DNA from: Candidatus Thorarchaeota archaeon
GTDB taxonomy: Archaea > Asgardarchaeota > Thorarchaeia > Thorarchaeales > Thorarchaeaceae
NCBI GenBank assembly: GCA_048884965.1
Contig: JBHLQH010000014.1
Span: 1 to 64,000 of the forward strand
Direction: 5' to 3'
Length of the DNA stretch: 64,000 nucleotides
Shown: piece after piece, positions 1 through 10,336 of the stretch
Layout: every line of letters starts with the position of its first letter
Position numbering within the stretch: position 1 is the stretch's first letter
Position numbers and translations under genes: made by a program
Notes under the pieces: generated by a model
What the model was told of the DNA's origin: nothing
What the model saw: only the letters and a program-made list of their open reading frames with translations
The model's database searches: none

Positions 1-220
1 GTCCGATGTCTATCGAATATTGAACGTACACTTCCTGCTCTGGCTCAATATCAAGAGGTGTGAAATAATACTCTGGATATTCTTCTACATTATAGGAAGA
101 GTAAGTGTACAGGATGCTGTGTTGACGAGGTAGAGGTACAGTGAGCCTAGCTGAAAAGAAAAGAAGAGAAACGATGACCACTCCCATTATTATGATTGTA
201 GCCAAGTCTCTCCTTTTCAA
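1..220 (-). CDS. Partial CDS running off the window edge; N-terminal signal/TM anchored hypothetical protein
   Basis: Manual translation from TTG at 220: MKRRDLATIIIMGVVIVSLLFFSARLTVPLPRQHSILYTYSSYNVEEYPEYYFTP..., open to position 1. Confidence 0.65.
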   Translation of the reverse strand, partial: MKRRDLATIIIMGVVIVSLLFFSARLTVPLPRQHSILYTYSSYNVEEYPEYYFTPLDIEPEQEVYVQYSIDIG

Positions 221-289
221 ATGCTCCTCTCCATCTAAACGTGCTGCATTTTCACTTGCGAGTTGCTATCTTGATTTCTCATATAAGCT

Positions 290-451
290 CTAAGGAATAT
301 ATATCCAATAGTTACCAAAGAAAAGAATGAGATTCCCTATCATTCCAAAGTTGAACAGTATCCATGAAGGGTCTGGATTTGGAGCTAACACTGCTGAGAA
401 TCCTTCGTGCGTATAAAGGAACAAGTAATACACAATGATGAAAGCTCCGAA
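290..451 (-). pseudogene. Possible remnant or small 2-TM membrane peptide
   Basis: Open frame FGAFIIVYYLFLYTHEGFSAVLAPNPDPSWILFNFGMIGNLILFFGNYWIYIP*, preceded by an in-frame TAA; only an internal GTG (433) as an early start. Confidence 0.25.
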
Positions 452-457
452 TTATCT

Positions 458-700
458 CTAGTCGAGCTTCTTCCTTCCTGATCTCTCATTTCCCCGTTTG
501 AAATTACCAGTGATTTTGGCCATCACTAGTTGAGCTTCCTTCTCACTAGCTATCGAAATCCTTGTGAGAAAAGCTTCTACTTTTTCTTTCTTTAAAGTGG
601 TCACTCTTTGTCCTCGCCAGAAAATATGAACTGCATCTTCGACCAATTTCCAAGAATATGGGGTATCGTCAAGTGAGTGGCTTTCGCGGTTCTCGGCCAT
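458..700 (-). CDS. Small conserved hypothetical protein
   Basis: ORF 458..739, likely start MAENRE at 700; C-terminal QLVMAKITGNFKRGNER motif recalls a widespread small uncharacterised family. Confidence 0.75.
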   Translation of the reverse strand: MAENRESHSLDDTPYSWKLVEDAVHIFWRGQRVTTLKKEKVEAFLTRISIASEKEAQLVMAKITGNFKRGNERSGRKKLD

Positions 701-849
701 GTTTCTTAATTCAATCATTGTTGATGTCCTTATCAACATTTCAAATGGAAGAATGCAGGTATCTCAAATCATTGCCATCCATACTGCTTCAGCGATAATG
801 TAATCAAGAAGTTCATACCATAGACAGACACTCTGTACGAGGTATAGGA

Positions 850-1980
850 ATGAAATTCGAACCTTTTGACCTAGAACGAATCCAATCAATTTGGGAGCAC
901 GAAGTCGAAATCAATCTCACCGAGAGTGGTGTATCTCCAATCACCCTAGGTGAATTGTTGGACGATCCTCGTAGTCGACCTTTCCTATTTGATCAGATAC
1001 TAGGCTATTCACAAACAAATGGATCAATTCCGCTCCGTGAGCGTATCGCTTCAATGTACCCCGGGACTACTGCGGATAACGTGTTGGTCACAAATGGCGG
1101 TGCAGAGGCCAATTTCATTGCCGCATGGAATCTATTTCTCGAGAGCGGTGGCGCTGGTGAGCTTATTGTGATGCTGCCAAACTATATGCAACTGAGCGGC
1201 ATATGGAAAAACCTTGGAGGACGAGTAAAGTCATTCTATCTGAGAATGATTGATGGAAAGTGGATTCCCGATCTCGAACAGCTTAAGTCTATGGTGACTC
1301 GAGAAACTACTGCAATCGCGATTTGCACGCCGAACAATCCGACTGGTGCAATCGTTGATGAATCGGCCATGAAGACTATCGCTAATATTGCAGAGGATGC
1401 AAATAGTTGGCTGATTTCGGATGAAATCTACAGAGGTGCTGAGTTCGAGGATTCGGTTGCTCCATCTGCGTTTGGACGTTCTGACAAGGTCTTGGTAACA
1501 TCCAGTCTCTCAAAGGTTTACGGATTGCCAGGTCTACGAATTGGATGGATCGTTTCAACTGATGCTACTAAGATCCAAGGTCTCTGGGCTTATGGTGACT
1601 ATACGACCATCTGTCCTTCTGTATTGAGTGACTATCTTGCGACAATCGCACTTGATCCTGAGAATCGCGTTCATCTTCAGGAACGAGCTCGTGGAAGAGT
1701 GAGAGCCAATTGGCATGTCATGGAGGAGTGGCTTGAGGCGCATTCTGATATATTCACATACATCCCTCCACAGGCGGCCTCAATGTGTTTCCCCAAGTAT
1801 GATTTGGAGATCAATAGTATTTCCCTAGTGGAGCGATTGAGACTAGAGAAGAATGTACTAATCGTTCCGGGTTCCCATTTTGGCATGGATAAGTTCCTTC
1901 GCATTGGCTTTGGGTATGGGGAGGAGAAGCTTCGTGAGGGGCTGAAACGATTGAGTGATCTAGTTCATACCATAAAATAG
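850..1980 (+). CDS. PLP-dependent aminotransferase class I/II
   Basis: NNPTG, DEIY and SLSKVYGLPGLRIGW (PLP-lysine) motifs. Confidence 0.95.
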   Translation: MKFEPFDLERIQSIWEHEVEINLTESGVSPITLGELLDDPRSRPFLFDQILGYSQTNGSIPLRERIASMYPGTTADNVLVTNGGAEANFIAAWNLFLESGGAGELIVMLPNYMQLSGIWKNLGGRVKSFYLRMIDGKWIPDLEQLKSMVTRETTAIAICTPNNPTGAIVDESAMKTIANIAEDANSWLISDEIYRGAEFEDSVAPSAFGRSDKVLVTSSLSKVYGLPGLRIGWIVSTDATKIQGLWAYGDYTTICPSVLSDYLATIALDPENRVHLQERARGRVRANWHVMEEWLEAHSDIFTYIPPQAASMCFPKYDLEINSISLVERLRLEKNVLIVPGSHFGMDKFLRIGFGYGEEKLREGLKRLSDLVHTIK

Positions 1981-2052
1981 GGTTTCGGATATCTCTGATA
2001 TATTCGCTCAACCTTTTTCAATCAAGGAATTATCAATCGGAAAGGTGTTTAC

Positions 2053-2565
2053 ATGACAAAAGTAACAAGGTCAATGATTACGAAGTTTGACGAATTCGAA
2101 TCCTCATGGAAAAAGGATGCGGGGAAACCTGAGAACACCATCCTGTACTATCTCATAGCAGCATTGAATCTTGAGAAGAATCGGAAGACTGCCGAAACTA
2201 TGATGACCCTTGTCATCACGAAGAATGATTGCAAGGATGATGGTAGCTCTCCCACTGGGCTCAAATTGGGGAATCGGGCTAGCTATTTTGTGGAGCAATT
2301 CCTTGAGAGTAAGCATAATGCTCGTTCCTATGTTGGTGGAACGAACGAGAACGATTACGATATAGATTGGGATAAGCTAACTCTCACAGTAGTGAAGAAG
2401 CAAGACCACATGGGTGGTGTGAAGATCTTCGTACATAGCGGTGGACGTGATAATCCTGTGCCTAGCCAGTTGAAGGAGAATAGCAAAGGACAATGGAAAC
2501 TAACTGAGTATAGTTCCTTCTGTATGGATGTCAAACCTTCAAAGACATCCGAAGGCGACTTTTGA
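2053..2565 (+). CDS. Conserved hypothetical protein
   Basis: 170-aa ORF with upstream AAGGTG RBS; globular composition. Confidence 0.8.
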   Translation: MTKVTRSMITKFDEFESSWKKDAGKPENTILYYLIAALNLEKNRKTAETMMTLVITKNDCKDDGSSPTGLKLGNRASYFVEQFLESKHNARSYVGGTNENDYDIDWDKLTLTVVKKQDHMGGVKIFVHSGGRDNPVPSQLKENSKGQWKLTEYSSFCMDVKPSKTSEGDF

Positions 2566-2582
2566 ACATGCATGATTTATGT

Positions 2583-2610
2583 GGGGTTACATTATTGCTA
2601 CTGTAACCCC
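2583..2610. terminator. 9-bp inverted repeat (terminator or operator)
   Basis: GGGGTTACA-N10-TGTAACCCC just after the stop at 2565. Confidence 0.45.
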
Positions 2611-2684
2611 TCTTGCTCTGGATACTCGTCCCACTAAAGAATTTAAAGAGCTCTTACTGAGGTCACCTATTTGAGGTCTCTAAG

Positions 2685-3383
2685 ATGGCTATCGGTATTA
2701 TTCACATTCTATTCATGGCTGACGCGGCTATTATGACAGTATGCGCCATGCTGATATTTAGAAGGTATTTCGAGCAGAGGAATATTCTGACCTTGGTTTT
2801 CTCTGTATTTCTCTTAACCTTCGCTTTAATGTGCTATTCCTATTTTGGACGGGGCTTATTTGAAATGAATACAGATGGTAGTGTACTACTGTATCGTATT
2901 TCCATACTATTCACGCTTCTTGCACCATTTTTGTTAGCAGTCTTCGGATTATATCCAAAGATATTGGAAGGAGCTCAATCAAGTTCGGGTAATGCCAAGA
3001 TCACTATCATACTTTGCCTAGTGGTCACTCTAATATCGTTAGTTCTAGCATTCCTAGGGGATGTAACATATAGATATGCAGTTGAAAGTATGGATATTTA
3101 TCAGCTTACTTTCGGAGCGATTCCATACCTTGGTATCTTGATTGGACCCGTACTTATTGCGATTCTTGATGCAGGGATATTCCTTCTAATGTATAAACGA
3201 GAAACTGATCCTTTCTACAAGATGCGTGCTATGCTACTTTTCATAGGCTGGGTTTTTGCAATCGTAGGTCAGCTCAGTCTGCTATCGCCTAGCGTGATGC
3301 TGCTCCAGCCATTGCTATTCGCTCTGGGTACGGTAATAATGGCGCTTGCGATCCTACGGCGACCGAACCAAGAGCATCTTTAA
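2685..3383 (+). CDS. Standalone ~7-TM membrane protein
   Basis: Seven hydrophobic segments counted by eye in 232 aa. Confidence 0.8.
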   Translation: MAIGIIHILFMADAAIMTVCAMLIFRRYFEQRNILTLVFSVFLLTFALMCYSYFGRGLFEMNTDGSVLLYRISILFTLLAPFLLAVFGLYPKILEGAQSSSGNAKITIILCLVVTLISLVLAFLGDVTYRYAVESMDIYQLTFGAIPYLGILIGPVLIAILDAGIFLLMYKRETDPFYKMRAMLLFIGWVFAIVGQLSLLSPSVMLLQPLLFALGTVIMALAILRRPNQEHL

Positions 3384-3430
3384 ATTGATGCTCCTCCTAT
3401 TCCCACTGTTTCAACCTACTATCAGAGGAA

Positions 3431-4279
3431 ATGCGAATGTCTACAGGTGAAGACACCGGATTCTATGTGTTCTGCAAGATATGCGGAAGAAATGTTTCCC
3501 TAAACATAGATGAGGATGAAATAAAAAACTCATCACGAGGGACTTCAGCTGTCATGTGTCTTCATGGAGAACCTCAACATGCCATTCTTGTCTACATTGA
3601 TAAGACTCTACGTGTTCGAGGAGCAGAATATCCTTCAGCGTTGCAGATTGAGCAGGTGTCACAGCAACCAGATTATGAGGACGGGCAAACAACGAGAGCA
3701 GCCGAAGTCGCTGATTTTGATATGGGCACATTTGTGGAAGCATTTGGCAAGAATAGGAAGAAGGGTATTGAGATGGTCGCAGATCTGATTCTTCAGGTAC
3801 TGCTTAGCCATCCCGTTTATCTCGTGCATACTAAGGAATCCATTGGGATGCCCATTAAGAAAGCCATGAGTAGTCTCTTCGTTCAGGAAACCTTGATACA
3901 TTTCCTCAGACCCGAGCAACGTAGTGCGATAAAAGGCCCAAAGGAGAGCGTGTTCGATTTGGATTCGAAGCATCTTTTTGTTCTAGGATCCAAGATTGAC
4001 GCCCACTTCTTCAGACAATTAATCAATCAGTGCATTGATGACGCTGATTCATTTTATAGACTACGAAATGAGCTAAGCAAGATCCTTTATTCGTTCTCTC
4101 AGATGATGGAGATCTTGACAAAGGATTCTCGATCCTATACCGACACAATGCTAGCACGTGAGATTTCTATCGAGCTTCCTCTCATGCCCATTCTTCTCAA
4201 GATGGCTGAGAGTAATGGAGTTCGAGTCAATGATCGCATACAACACGATGGTTTCGGGAGTGCATTACGAAGTATCTAG
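3431..4279 (+). CDS. Hypothetical protein: N-terminal CxxC...HxxxxH Zn-binding module, central alpha/beta domain, C-terminal HTH-like region
   Basis: CKIC...CLHGEPQHAILVYIDKTLRVRG; C-terminal DTMLAREISIELPLMPILLKM. Confidence 0.8.
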   Translation: MRMSTGEDTGFYVFCKICGRNVSLNIDEDEIKNSSRGTSAVMCLHGEPQHAILVYIDKTLRVRGAEYPSALQIEQVSQQPDYEDGQTTRAAEVADFDMGTFVEAFGKNRKKGIEMVADLILQVLLSHPVYLVHTKESIGMPIKKAMSSLFVQETLIHFLRPEQRSAIKGPKESVFDLDSKHLFVLGSKIDAHFFRQLINQCIDDADSFYRLRNELSKILYSFSQMMEILTKDSRSYTDTMLAREISIELPLMPILLKMAESNGVRVNDRIQHDGFGSALRSI

Positions 4280-4314
4280 GAGAGAAACTCATGTCATGGG
4301 CTAGTCAGCACCTA

Positions 4315-4530
4315 TCAAAATCTCCCTATTTCATTTGCAAGTGATGTCTCATCAGGATTTGCTACCACAAGGCATATGCCTGCAATGAGGATGAACCCAG
4401 TAACTAGCATAGCATAACCTATCTCAGGTGAGAAACCTTCGACAATGAAGGTTCCCAATATAAGGAATGATACACCTGTCACAATAAGCAGTACTGACCA
4501 CCAATTGATACTCCTCTTCATAGGTTCCAA
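4315..4530 (-). CDS. Small 2-TM membrane protein
   Basis: Two hydrophobic helices in 71 aa. Confidence 0.7.
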   Translation of the reverse strand: MEPMKRSINWWSVLLIVTGVSFLILGTFIVEGFSPEIGYAMLVTGFILIAGICLVVANPDETSLANEIGRF

Positions 4531-4679
4531 CCCATGTTCCTAGGAGTTACAGATTATATAAGATATGCCTGAGCTAATGGATACTTAACAGTGAAAGGGC
4601 AGGGACGAATCATCTAGAGCATGGCTAGCTATATCTATATGCGCACAAAGCTAGTGCCACCTTGTTGATAATCTAAGAT

Positions 4680-5462
4680 TTGGTGCTGATTAACATGATT
4701 GAACGGTTGATTGCTTTGGTCACCTATGCAAATGCGATATTGAAAGGAAGGGCCGATACGTTTGATATTGATATCTTAATAGGGCATCATTGCTACAACA
4801 TGGAATTCATTGAGCCTCATTCATCAAACATCCCAGGATCAACTAAAATCATTGCGGCAAACGCCAACAAATGGATTTCTTATCTGCGAGATGGCAATGC
4901 TGAGAAAGTTCTACTGCATTTTCGAAAGGTCAATCAGTTCTCTCTTCCGGACCATATTACTGCTGCATTTATTGGCGGTGGTAGTGAATGGCTGATTGAA
5001 GTTCGATATCCAAGTGGAAGTAATCTCTACACGAGTGCGACTCAGGGAAGTGGAGGTCGGAAGGACCAAGTAGCTCTAATAGACCGGAATTTCTCACAAT
5101 CTTGGGCATCGCCCAGCGTGATTGAAACGCGACGTGCATTAGATGAGATTTTAGGACTACTCACTGACTTTGCCAAAGAGCATGAACATTCCTCTCACTG
5201 GAGTCGTACTTTCGAGGCTGCAAGAGAAGCATTGGCTGAATCTCAAAATCAAGACCTAGAATTCATTCCAGAGGGGATATATTCATTGGAAGCTCATCAT
5301 TTGATAGCGGCTGGATTTCGTAGCTGGGTCTTCGGAGGGATGGGGTCATGGAATGATATGTCGTTCAATGATGATGCACATGAGAAATATACCGTCCTGA
5401 CTGAACAGCTTTACCAAGCAATATGCTCTGCTTTCGTGGCGGGAGTCAACAGCTTTCCATAA
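4680..5462 (+). CDS. Conserved hypothetical protein (FGGMGSWND motif)
   Basis: 260-aa ORF; SWVFGGMGSWNDMSF near the C-terminus. Confidence 0.8.
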   Translation: MVLINMIERLIALVTYANAILKGRADTFDIDILIGHHCYNMEFIEPHSSNIPGSTKIIAANANKWISYLRDGNAEKVLLHFRKVNQFSLPDHITAAFIGGGSEWLIEVRYPSGSNLYTSATQGSGGRKDQVALIDRNFSQSWASPSVIETRRALDEILGLLTDFAKEHEHSSHWSRTFEAAREALAESQNQDLEFIPEGIYSLEAHHLIAAGFRSWVFGGMGSWNDMSFNDDAHEKYTVLTEQLYQAICSAFVAGVNSFP

Positions 5463-5478
5463 TATTGAGAGAGTCGAA

Positions 5479-6777
5479 GTGAATCCGGTGTCAAAGGAAG
5501 ACGAACCACATAGACATGTAGATGAAAGGACATCTATTCCTTTTACTGCACGTCTTATGGCATATTATCGTGTTCAGGAGTCAAAGCGACCGGATGCGAT
5601 AATCGTCGATAGGTACGCTGAGTTACTGGTCGGTGATTTAGGGGACTATATTGAGCAGCACAAGCGAATCGCAGGCACTGGTGATTATGCTATCGTTAGA
5701 AGTAGCTATATCGAAAGCCAATTGCTTGACCCATGGTGCTTCGGGTATGATCAATCGCAAATTGTGATCCTTGGTGCTGGATTCGATACAAGAGCGTACA
5801 GAATAGAATCTCTTAAACAGAATAGTCATTCAATCTATGAAATTGATTTCCCTATCATAAATCGACATAAAGAAAGAATTCTGAAAGGATTCAAACCCCT
5901 GTGCCAGTTAGTGCGAATTGCGGCTGATGTTTCGAATAAGGATTGGACAATCACTCTAATAGAAAGTGGTTTCAATCCCAATATTCCTACATTTTGGATT
6001 TTAGAAGGTCTCGTATATTATCTTCAGAAGAAAGATGCTAGCCAGTTATTCAGACAACTATCTGATTTGAGTACGGAATCAAGTGAGATGTTCGCTGATG
6101 TATGTGTACCTGCAATCGCCGATATCCAATTCGGACCATTCGCTCCACATTTTGAATGGGGTATTGATATTGAGGAAATCCCTCCTTTCTTCAAATCTCT
6201 CGGCTGGGATGTGTCCTTGTCGTATGCAGATGATCATGATCAAGGGCGGGATGTTGGTCAAAAGGGCATGATTTTCGTTCATGGTAGTCCAACAAGATCT
6301 GAGGTTTTTGAAAGGCAACCTGAGCAGCTGTTTCATGTGGATTATCCGGATCCACGGACTCTATCCAAGGACATCTTTTCAGATGTCGTGAGAAATATAG
6401 AGATGATTGCAAAGGAGTTTCAGAACGACCCGGAATCCGGTCTACAATACTATGTTGAGTATATCAACAAAGTGAAAACACAGATCGCTCACATTGCGTC
6501 TGTCATAGACTACCCCTTGTCTCTCGGACACATCTCTCCCAGACTACTTGGTAACCCTCTCTCTATACTCACAGAAAAAAGCGAGAGATCTCTTGTGGAA
6601 GTGGAAGCATACATTGTTGGTTATCTAAGCGCTATCCTTCTGCTCGTATATCTGGTTTCTAATGACATGGACTCATTTCAATTCAGACAAAGCCGACTCT
6701 ACAATGAGCGAGTCCAGATACAAAAGTCCGGGAAGTTTACAAGTCTTCTTCATTTGATATCTCTTTTATCACCATGA
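5479..6777 (+). CDS. LCM-family (leucine carboxyl methyltransferase-like) SAM-dependent methyltransferase with C-terminal helical extension
   Basis: QIVILGAGFDTRAYR, YEIDFP and PTFWILEGLVYYL motifs. Confidence 0.9.
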   Translation: MNPVSKEDEPHRHVDERTSIPFTARLMAYYRVQESKRPDAIIVDRYAELLVGDLGDYIEQHKRIAGTGDYAIVRSSYIESQLLDPWCFGYDQSQIVILGAGFDTRAYRIESLKQNSHSIYEIDFPIINRHKERILKGFKPLCQLVRIAADVSNKDWTITLIESGFNPNIPTFWILEGLVYYLQKKDASQLFRQLSDLSTESSEMFADVCVPAIADIQFGPFAPHFEWGIDIEEIPPFFKSLGWDVSLSYADDHDQGRDVGQKGMIFVHGSPTRSEVFERQPEQLFHVDYPDPRTLSKDIFSDVVRNIEMIAKEFQNDPESGLQYYVEYINKVKTQIAHIASVIDYPLSLGHISPRLLGNPLSILTEKSERSLVEVEAYIVGYLSAILLLVYLVSNDMDSFQFRQSRLYNERVQIQKSGKFTSLLHLISLLSP

Positions 6778-6802
6778 AGTAGTGTCTACTGAGTGGAGGG
6801 CT

Positions 6803-7318
6803 TCATCTTAGCACATCAGGTATCTCCACTTTGTACCCTGCGTTTGTATGATCGCTTCTCATATCCATAAGTGAGATGCCTAATCCATATACATGGAGTT
6901 TCTTGGACGGTCGCACCTTGATAAAAACCATTTCCGATTCATCATAATCAGAGTTGAGGTTCATTCTTGCAATCCTATTTTGTTGGAATGCTTCTCTTCC
7001 AATAGGGTCCGAGAAGGGAATGATCTCTGCAGTTCCTTGGAAGTGGACAACACTAGCTGGAGCGAATCTAATCCAGTAATGTGGGAATGTTATCACGAAT
7101 GAAACATTGGGGTTATCTCTGATATATTTCGTCTTTCTATATTCTGATCCTGTCAGGATATAGAATTCGAAGGGATTTGGTCTCTTTGGAATTACATAGA
7201 TTACTCCAGTGGAATGCGGTCTTCCTTTTGCATCAATGACGCTAATGACACCAAAGCTCTTCTTCCTCAAGTTCTTCTCAACGAAATCAAATGATTTTGC
7301 TATCACAGGAATCATCAA
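6803..7318 (-). CDS. Pyridoxamine 5'-phosphate oxidase-like flavin-binding protein
   Basis: GVISVIDAKGRPHST...RKTKYIRDNPNVSF split-barrel motifs. Confidence 0.85.
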   Translation of the reverse strand: MMIPVIAKSFDFVEKNLRKKSFGVISVIDAKGRPHSTGVIYVIPKRPNPFEFYILTGSEYRKTKYIRDNPNVSFVITFPHYWIRFAPASVVHFQGTAEIIPFSDPIGREAFQQNRIARMNLNSDYDESEMVFIKVRPSKKLHVYGLGISLMDMRSDHTNAGYKVEIPDVLR

Positions 7319-7573
7319 TTCCTGTTTGTGCTTGAGAGCACTTGAAGATTCCCTTGGTCATAGAAAATGCATATTGAAAGGCTTCAATATTACATCCGGT
7401 AACTAATAGCTCATACTTACACAACTAAATTTCTTAAAATCACGATTATAGACGACAAATCTTACCCAAAGTAGGGTTGCTTAACTTATCATCTTATCTT
7501 TTGAAAAGGCAAACCTATTACCTAATTCATCCATATATTACACGAGTCTTGATGTGGCTCAGAGGAAACACAT

Positions 7574-7828
7574 ATGAAAAGTGAAAAGAAAGAGAGAACA
7601 CTATCCTTCAAATGTTGTGTCCCTACGAATGTTTCTGCCTGTTCAGATGACGACCTAAGACTCAGCTTAGTGACCTTGAAAAACGCTCAAGCCAACGTAA
7701 CTGTTTGTATCAGACGCCTAGAACGAGAACTCAAACGACGAGGTGTTTCACCAAGTCTTCTAGCTAGCGTGAGAGGTGAGCCTTCGCCAGAGATACTGGA
7801 ATTGGTATCAGTAACACCGGAACCCTGA
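7574..7828 (+). CDS. Small hypothetical protein with central coiled coil
   Basis: 84-aa ORF with GAGGA upstream; fills the intergenic gap. Confidence 0.6.
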   Translation: MKSEKKERTLSFKCCVPTNVSACSDDDLRLSLVTLKNAQANVTVCIRRLERELKRRGVSPSLLASVRGEPSPEILELVSVTPEP

Positions 7829-7922
7829 GGGATTTATTCGATTCAGGGAGATTTTTATCAACATGGCTCCCTAATCGCCCAAATATTCAAATTGATAAAG
7901 GGAATGGCATTATAGATTTGTT

Positions 7923-9155
7923 ATGACTCTCAACATTGTGACTTTCTTTTCACCCATAGCAAGCCCGCTTTTCATTGAAACACATCTCGAAAAATTACGA
8001 GAGTCAGGAGCTAGGATACTTTCAGCTCAAGATTTCCATGATGACCTGAAATCTGGTCGTGATGTACTACACCAGAGAAATATCCTCTATATCGCAACTG
8101 GAGGTACTGAGAGGAGAGTAGCTGAATTCGTTCATGACACAGGATTGGAATCCCCCATCGTGTTGCTTAGTCATCCACAACAGAACTCCCTACCTGCTGC
8201 GATGGAGATTAGGACATATCTCAAGCAGCATGGCGCAGAATCTATCATAGTACATGATCCGTTGGCAAAGCTGATTGAAAGGATAACAAGATGGCAAATT
8301 TATGCGACCCATCTAGATAACATTCGAGGACGTAGACTTGGATTGATCGGGAAACCATCATCTTGGTTGATTGCCTCTAATATCGATGTAGATGCGGTAC
8401 GGGAAGTATGGGGGATTGAAATCTTGGAATACGATTTAGCTGTTCTTGAGAGCATCACTACGAATTCAGAAATCTCGGGTGTGTATGCTTCCTATCGTGA
8501 TAACGCCACCGATGTGGCAATTCCAGTAGAGGAGCTAAAGAAGGCATCTCAGGTTGCAGAACTCCTGCATACTCATATCAAAGAGCAACAGCTAGATGCA
8601 GTCTCTGTCCAATGTTTTGATTTCCTAATGAAGACCAAGATAAGTGGGTGTCTAGCTCTTTGCAATGCTAACAACGAAGGCTTTCCTGCTGGTTGTGAGG
8701 GGGATGTTCCAACGACTATCTCAATGATGATAGCAAGGGAACTGACTGCATCTCCAAGTTTTATGGTAAATGTCACAAACGTTGATACTTCCAGCAATTC
8801 TGCGGTCTTCGCACACTGTACTGTTCCCACCTCAATGGTACGCAGTTATGATCTCTTGACACATTTCGAAAGTGACCTAAGTGTTGGCATTAGAGGTGAG
8901 TTTGAAGAACAACCAGTGACTGTTTTGAAGGTGTTCGGTAGGAACATGTTAGATTATTGGGTTGGATCTGGCTCTATTTTAAGGAATATCAAAGATGATG
9001 AAGGGTGCAGGACTCAGATTATGGTCACATTGGATCAAGATGTCAAATACTTCCTCGAAGAGTCTCTTGCGAATCATCATATTATCATTCTCGGAGATCA
9101 TCGTGAGAAGATTCAAGACTTCTTCTCATTTGTTCGGCTTACAGGGTTACACTAA
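7923..9155 (+). CDS. L-fucose/L-arabinose isomerase-like protein
   Basis: GCEGDVP, FAHCTVP, THFES, CRTQI and LANHHII motifs. Confidence 0.85.
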   Translation: MTLNIVTFFSPIASPLFIETHLEKLRESGARILSAQDFHDDLKSGRDVLHQRNILYIATGGTERRVAEFVHDTGLESPIVLLSHPQQNSLPAAMEIRTYLKQHGAESIIVHDPLAKLIERITRWQIYATHLDNIRGRRLGLIGKPSSWLIASNIDVDAVREVWGIEILEYDLAVLESITTNSEISGVYASYRDNATDVAIPVEELKKASQVAELLHTHIKEQQLDAVSVQCFDFLMKTKISGCLALCNANNEGFPAGCEGDVPTTISMMIARELTASPSFMVNVTNVDTSSNSAVFAHCTVPTSMVRSYDLLTHFESDLSVGIRGEFEEQPVTVLKVFGRNMLDYWVGSGSILRNIKDDEGCRTQIMVTLDQDVKYFLEESLANHHIIILGDHREKIQDFFSFVRLTGLH

Positions 9156-9591
9156 GTCCCTCAGGTAATTCTCCTTCATCTAGTGGTAGAACTTGCAGTT
9201 GTACCATCAGATTTTCTAGTATTGACTCCAGTTTCTGTACACTCTTCTGATTGATATCATCTTGAAATGCTTGAACCAAGAGTGTACATATCCAATCAAA
9301 ATCCTCTTGACTTATGGTATCATCAATCACTCTAGCTCTCTTCAGTTCCTTGAATAGGGATTGCCCGTCTTCTAAATCAGAAACCTCGGGAAGATTATAC
9401 TTTCGCTTTAGGGATTTAGATAGAAAGAAGTGCATCATTGCATGACTCACTGCATCATAGTAAGCCGCGACCGCGTCCACATATTGACCTCTTTCACTTC
9501 GCATATCGCCTCCTCGCATATGCAGCTTTGCTCGTAGAAGCGCTTCTTTATCCTTGGGAAGTTCATCCAGGATAAGACCGAAATGTGGCAT
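9139..9591 (-). CDS. Conserved hypothetical helical protein (possibly HEPN-like fold)
   Basis: MPHFGL...LLRAKLHMRGG...AVAAYYDAVSHAM pattern. Confidence 0.75.
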   Translation of the reverse strand: MPHFGLILDELPKDKEALLRAKLHMRGGDMRSERGQYVDAVAAYYDAVSHAMMHFFLSKSLKRKYNLPEVSDLEDGQSLFKELKRARVIDDTISQEDFDWICTLLVQAFQDDINQKSVQKLESILENLMVQLQVLPLDEGELPEGLSVTL

Positions 9592-9840
9592 GGTGATAAT
9601 TCTCCTGTTTCAACGCTCGTGATTAACAATAGTGTATCTGTTTGAGAAATTAAACCTATTTCTATGGCATGTTTGCAGGAAGATACACCATTGAATTGGA
9701 CGATAAGAATGTCAATTTCACCATATACTGCTTTTTTACGACCTCTTTCAAATAAAAAGAACCTCATATAGCTTTTTCTTCTCTTCCAAAAGAACTCTGA
9801 AGGTTGGAGGTATACTAGAAGATGGGCGTGAATTGAATGG

Positions 9841-10218
9841 GTGATAGATATGACAGAAGTAAAAGACTATAATGATCTTGACGAAAGCGAAGAGCCTGCT
9901 GTGATGATTGGTGATATTGTACGGGAGTTAGGTGAACTTGGCCTAGTACCATATGAAATCTGTCCGGGTGTTGGGCATTCTAGTATCCTCTTGGATTCTC
10001 TTTGGAAGCCACGATTTGGTGTGTCCACCAACTCTGAGAAGGAGTCTCACTATATCTTCACGATAGCTGCGATGGCTGGATGGGTTGCAGAATATGATGT
10101 TGAAGGACGCGGTATCCTTCTTCGGAAATCCTTGGAGGGTATGGATGACACATTAGGCGCTTGGTCCCTCTTACTGAATTCGACAAGACTTGTAATGGGC
10201 GAAATTGCCAATCCATGA
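9841..10218 (+). CDS. Hypothetical protein
   Basis: 125-aa ORF; ATG at 9850 preceded by GGTGA is the likely start. Confidence 0.7.
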   Translation: MIDMTEVKDYNDLDESEEPAVMIGDIVRELGELGLVPYEICPGVGHSSILLDSLWKPRFGVSTNSEKESHYIFTIAAMAGWVAEYDVEGRGILLRKSLEGMDDTLGAWSLLLNSTRLVMGEIANP

Positions 10219-10336
10219 TAGAGATGGCGCCGTTTGATGACGATTTTTGAAAGAACCCTATCTGTATATATTGAAGTTCTTTCTTGCACCCCTTGCAGCC
10301 TTAAATGTCTGCGACGTCCGCCGGGAGGACACATAT

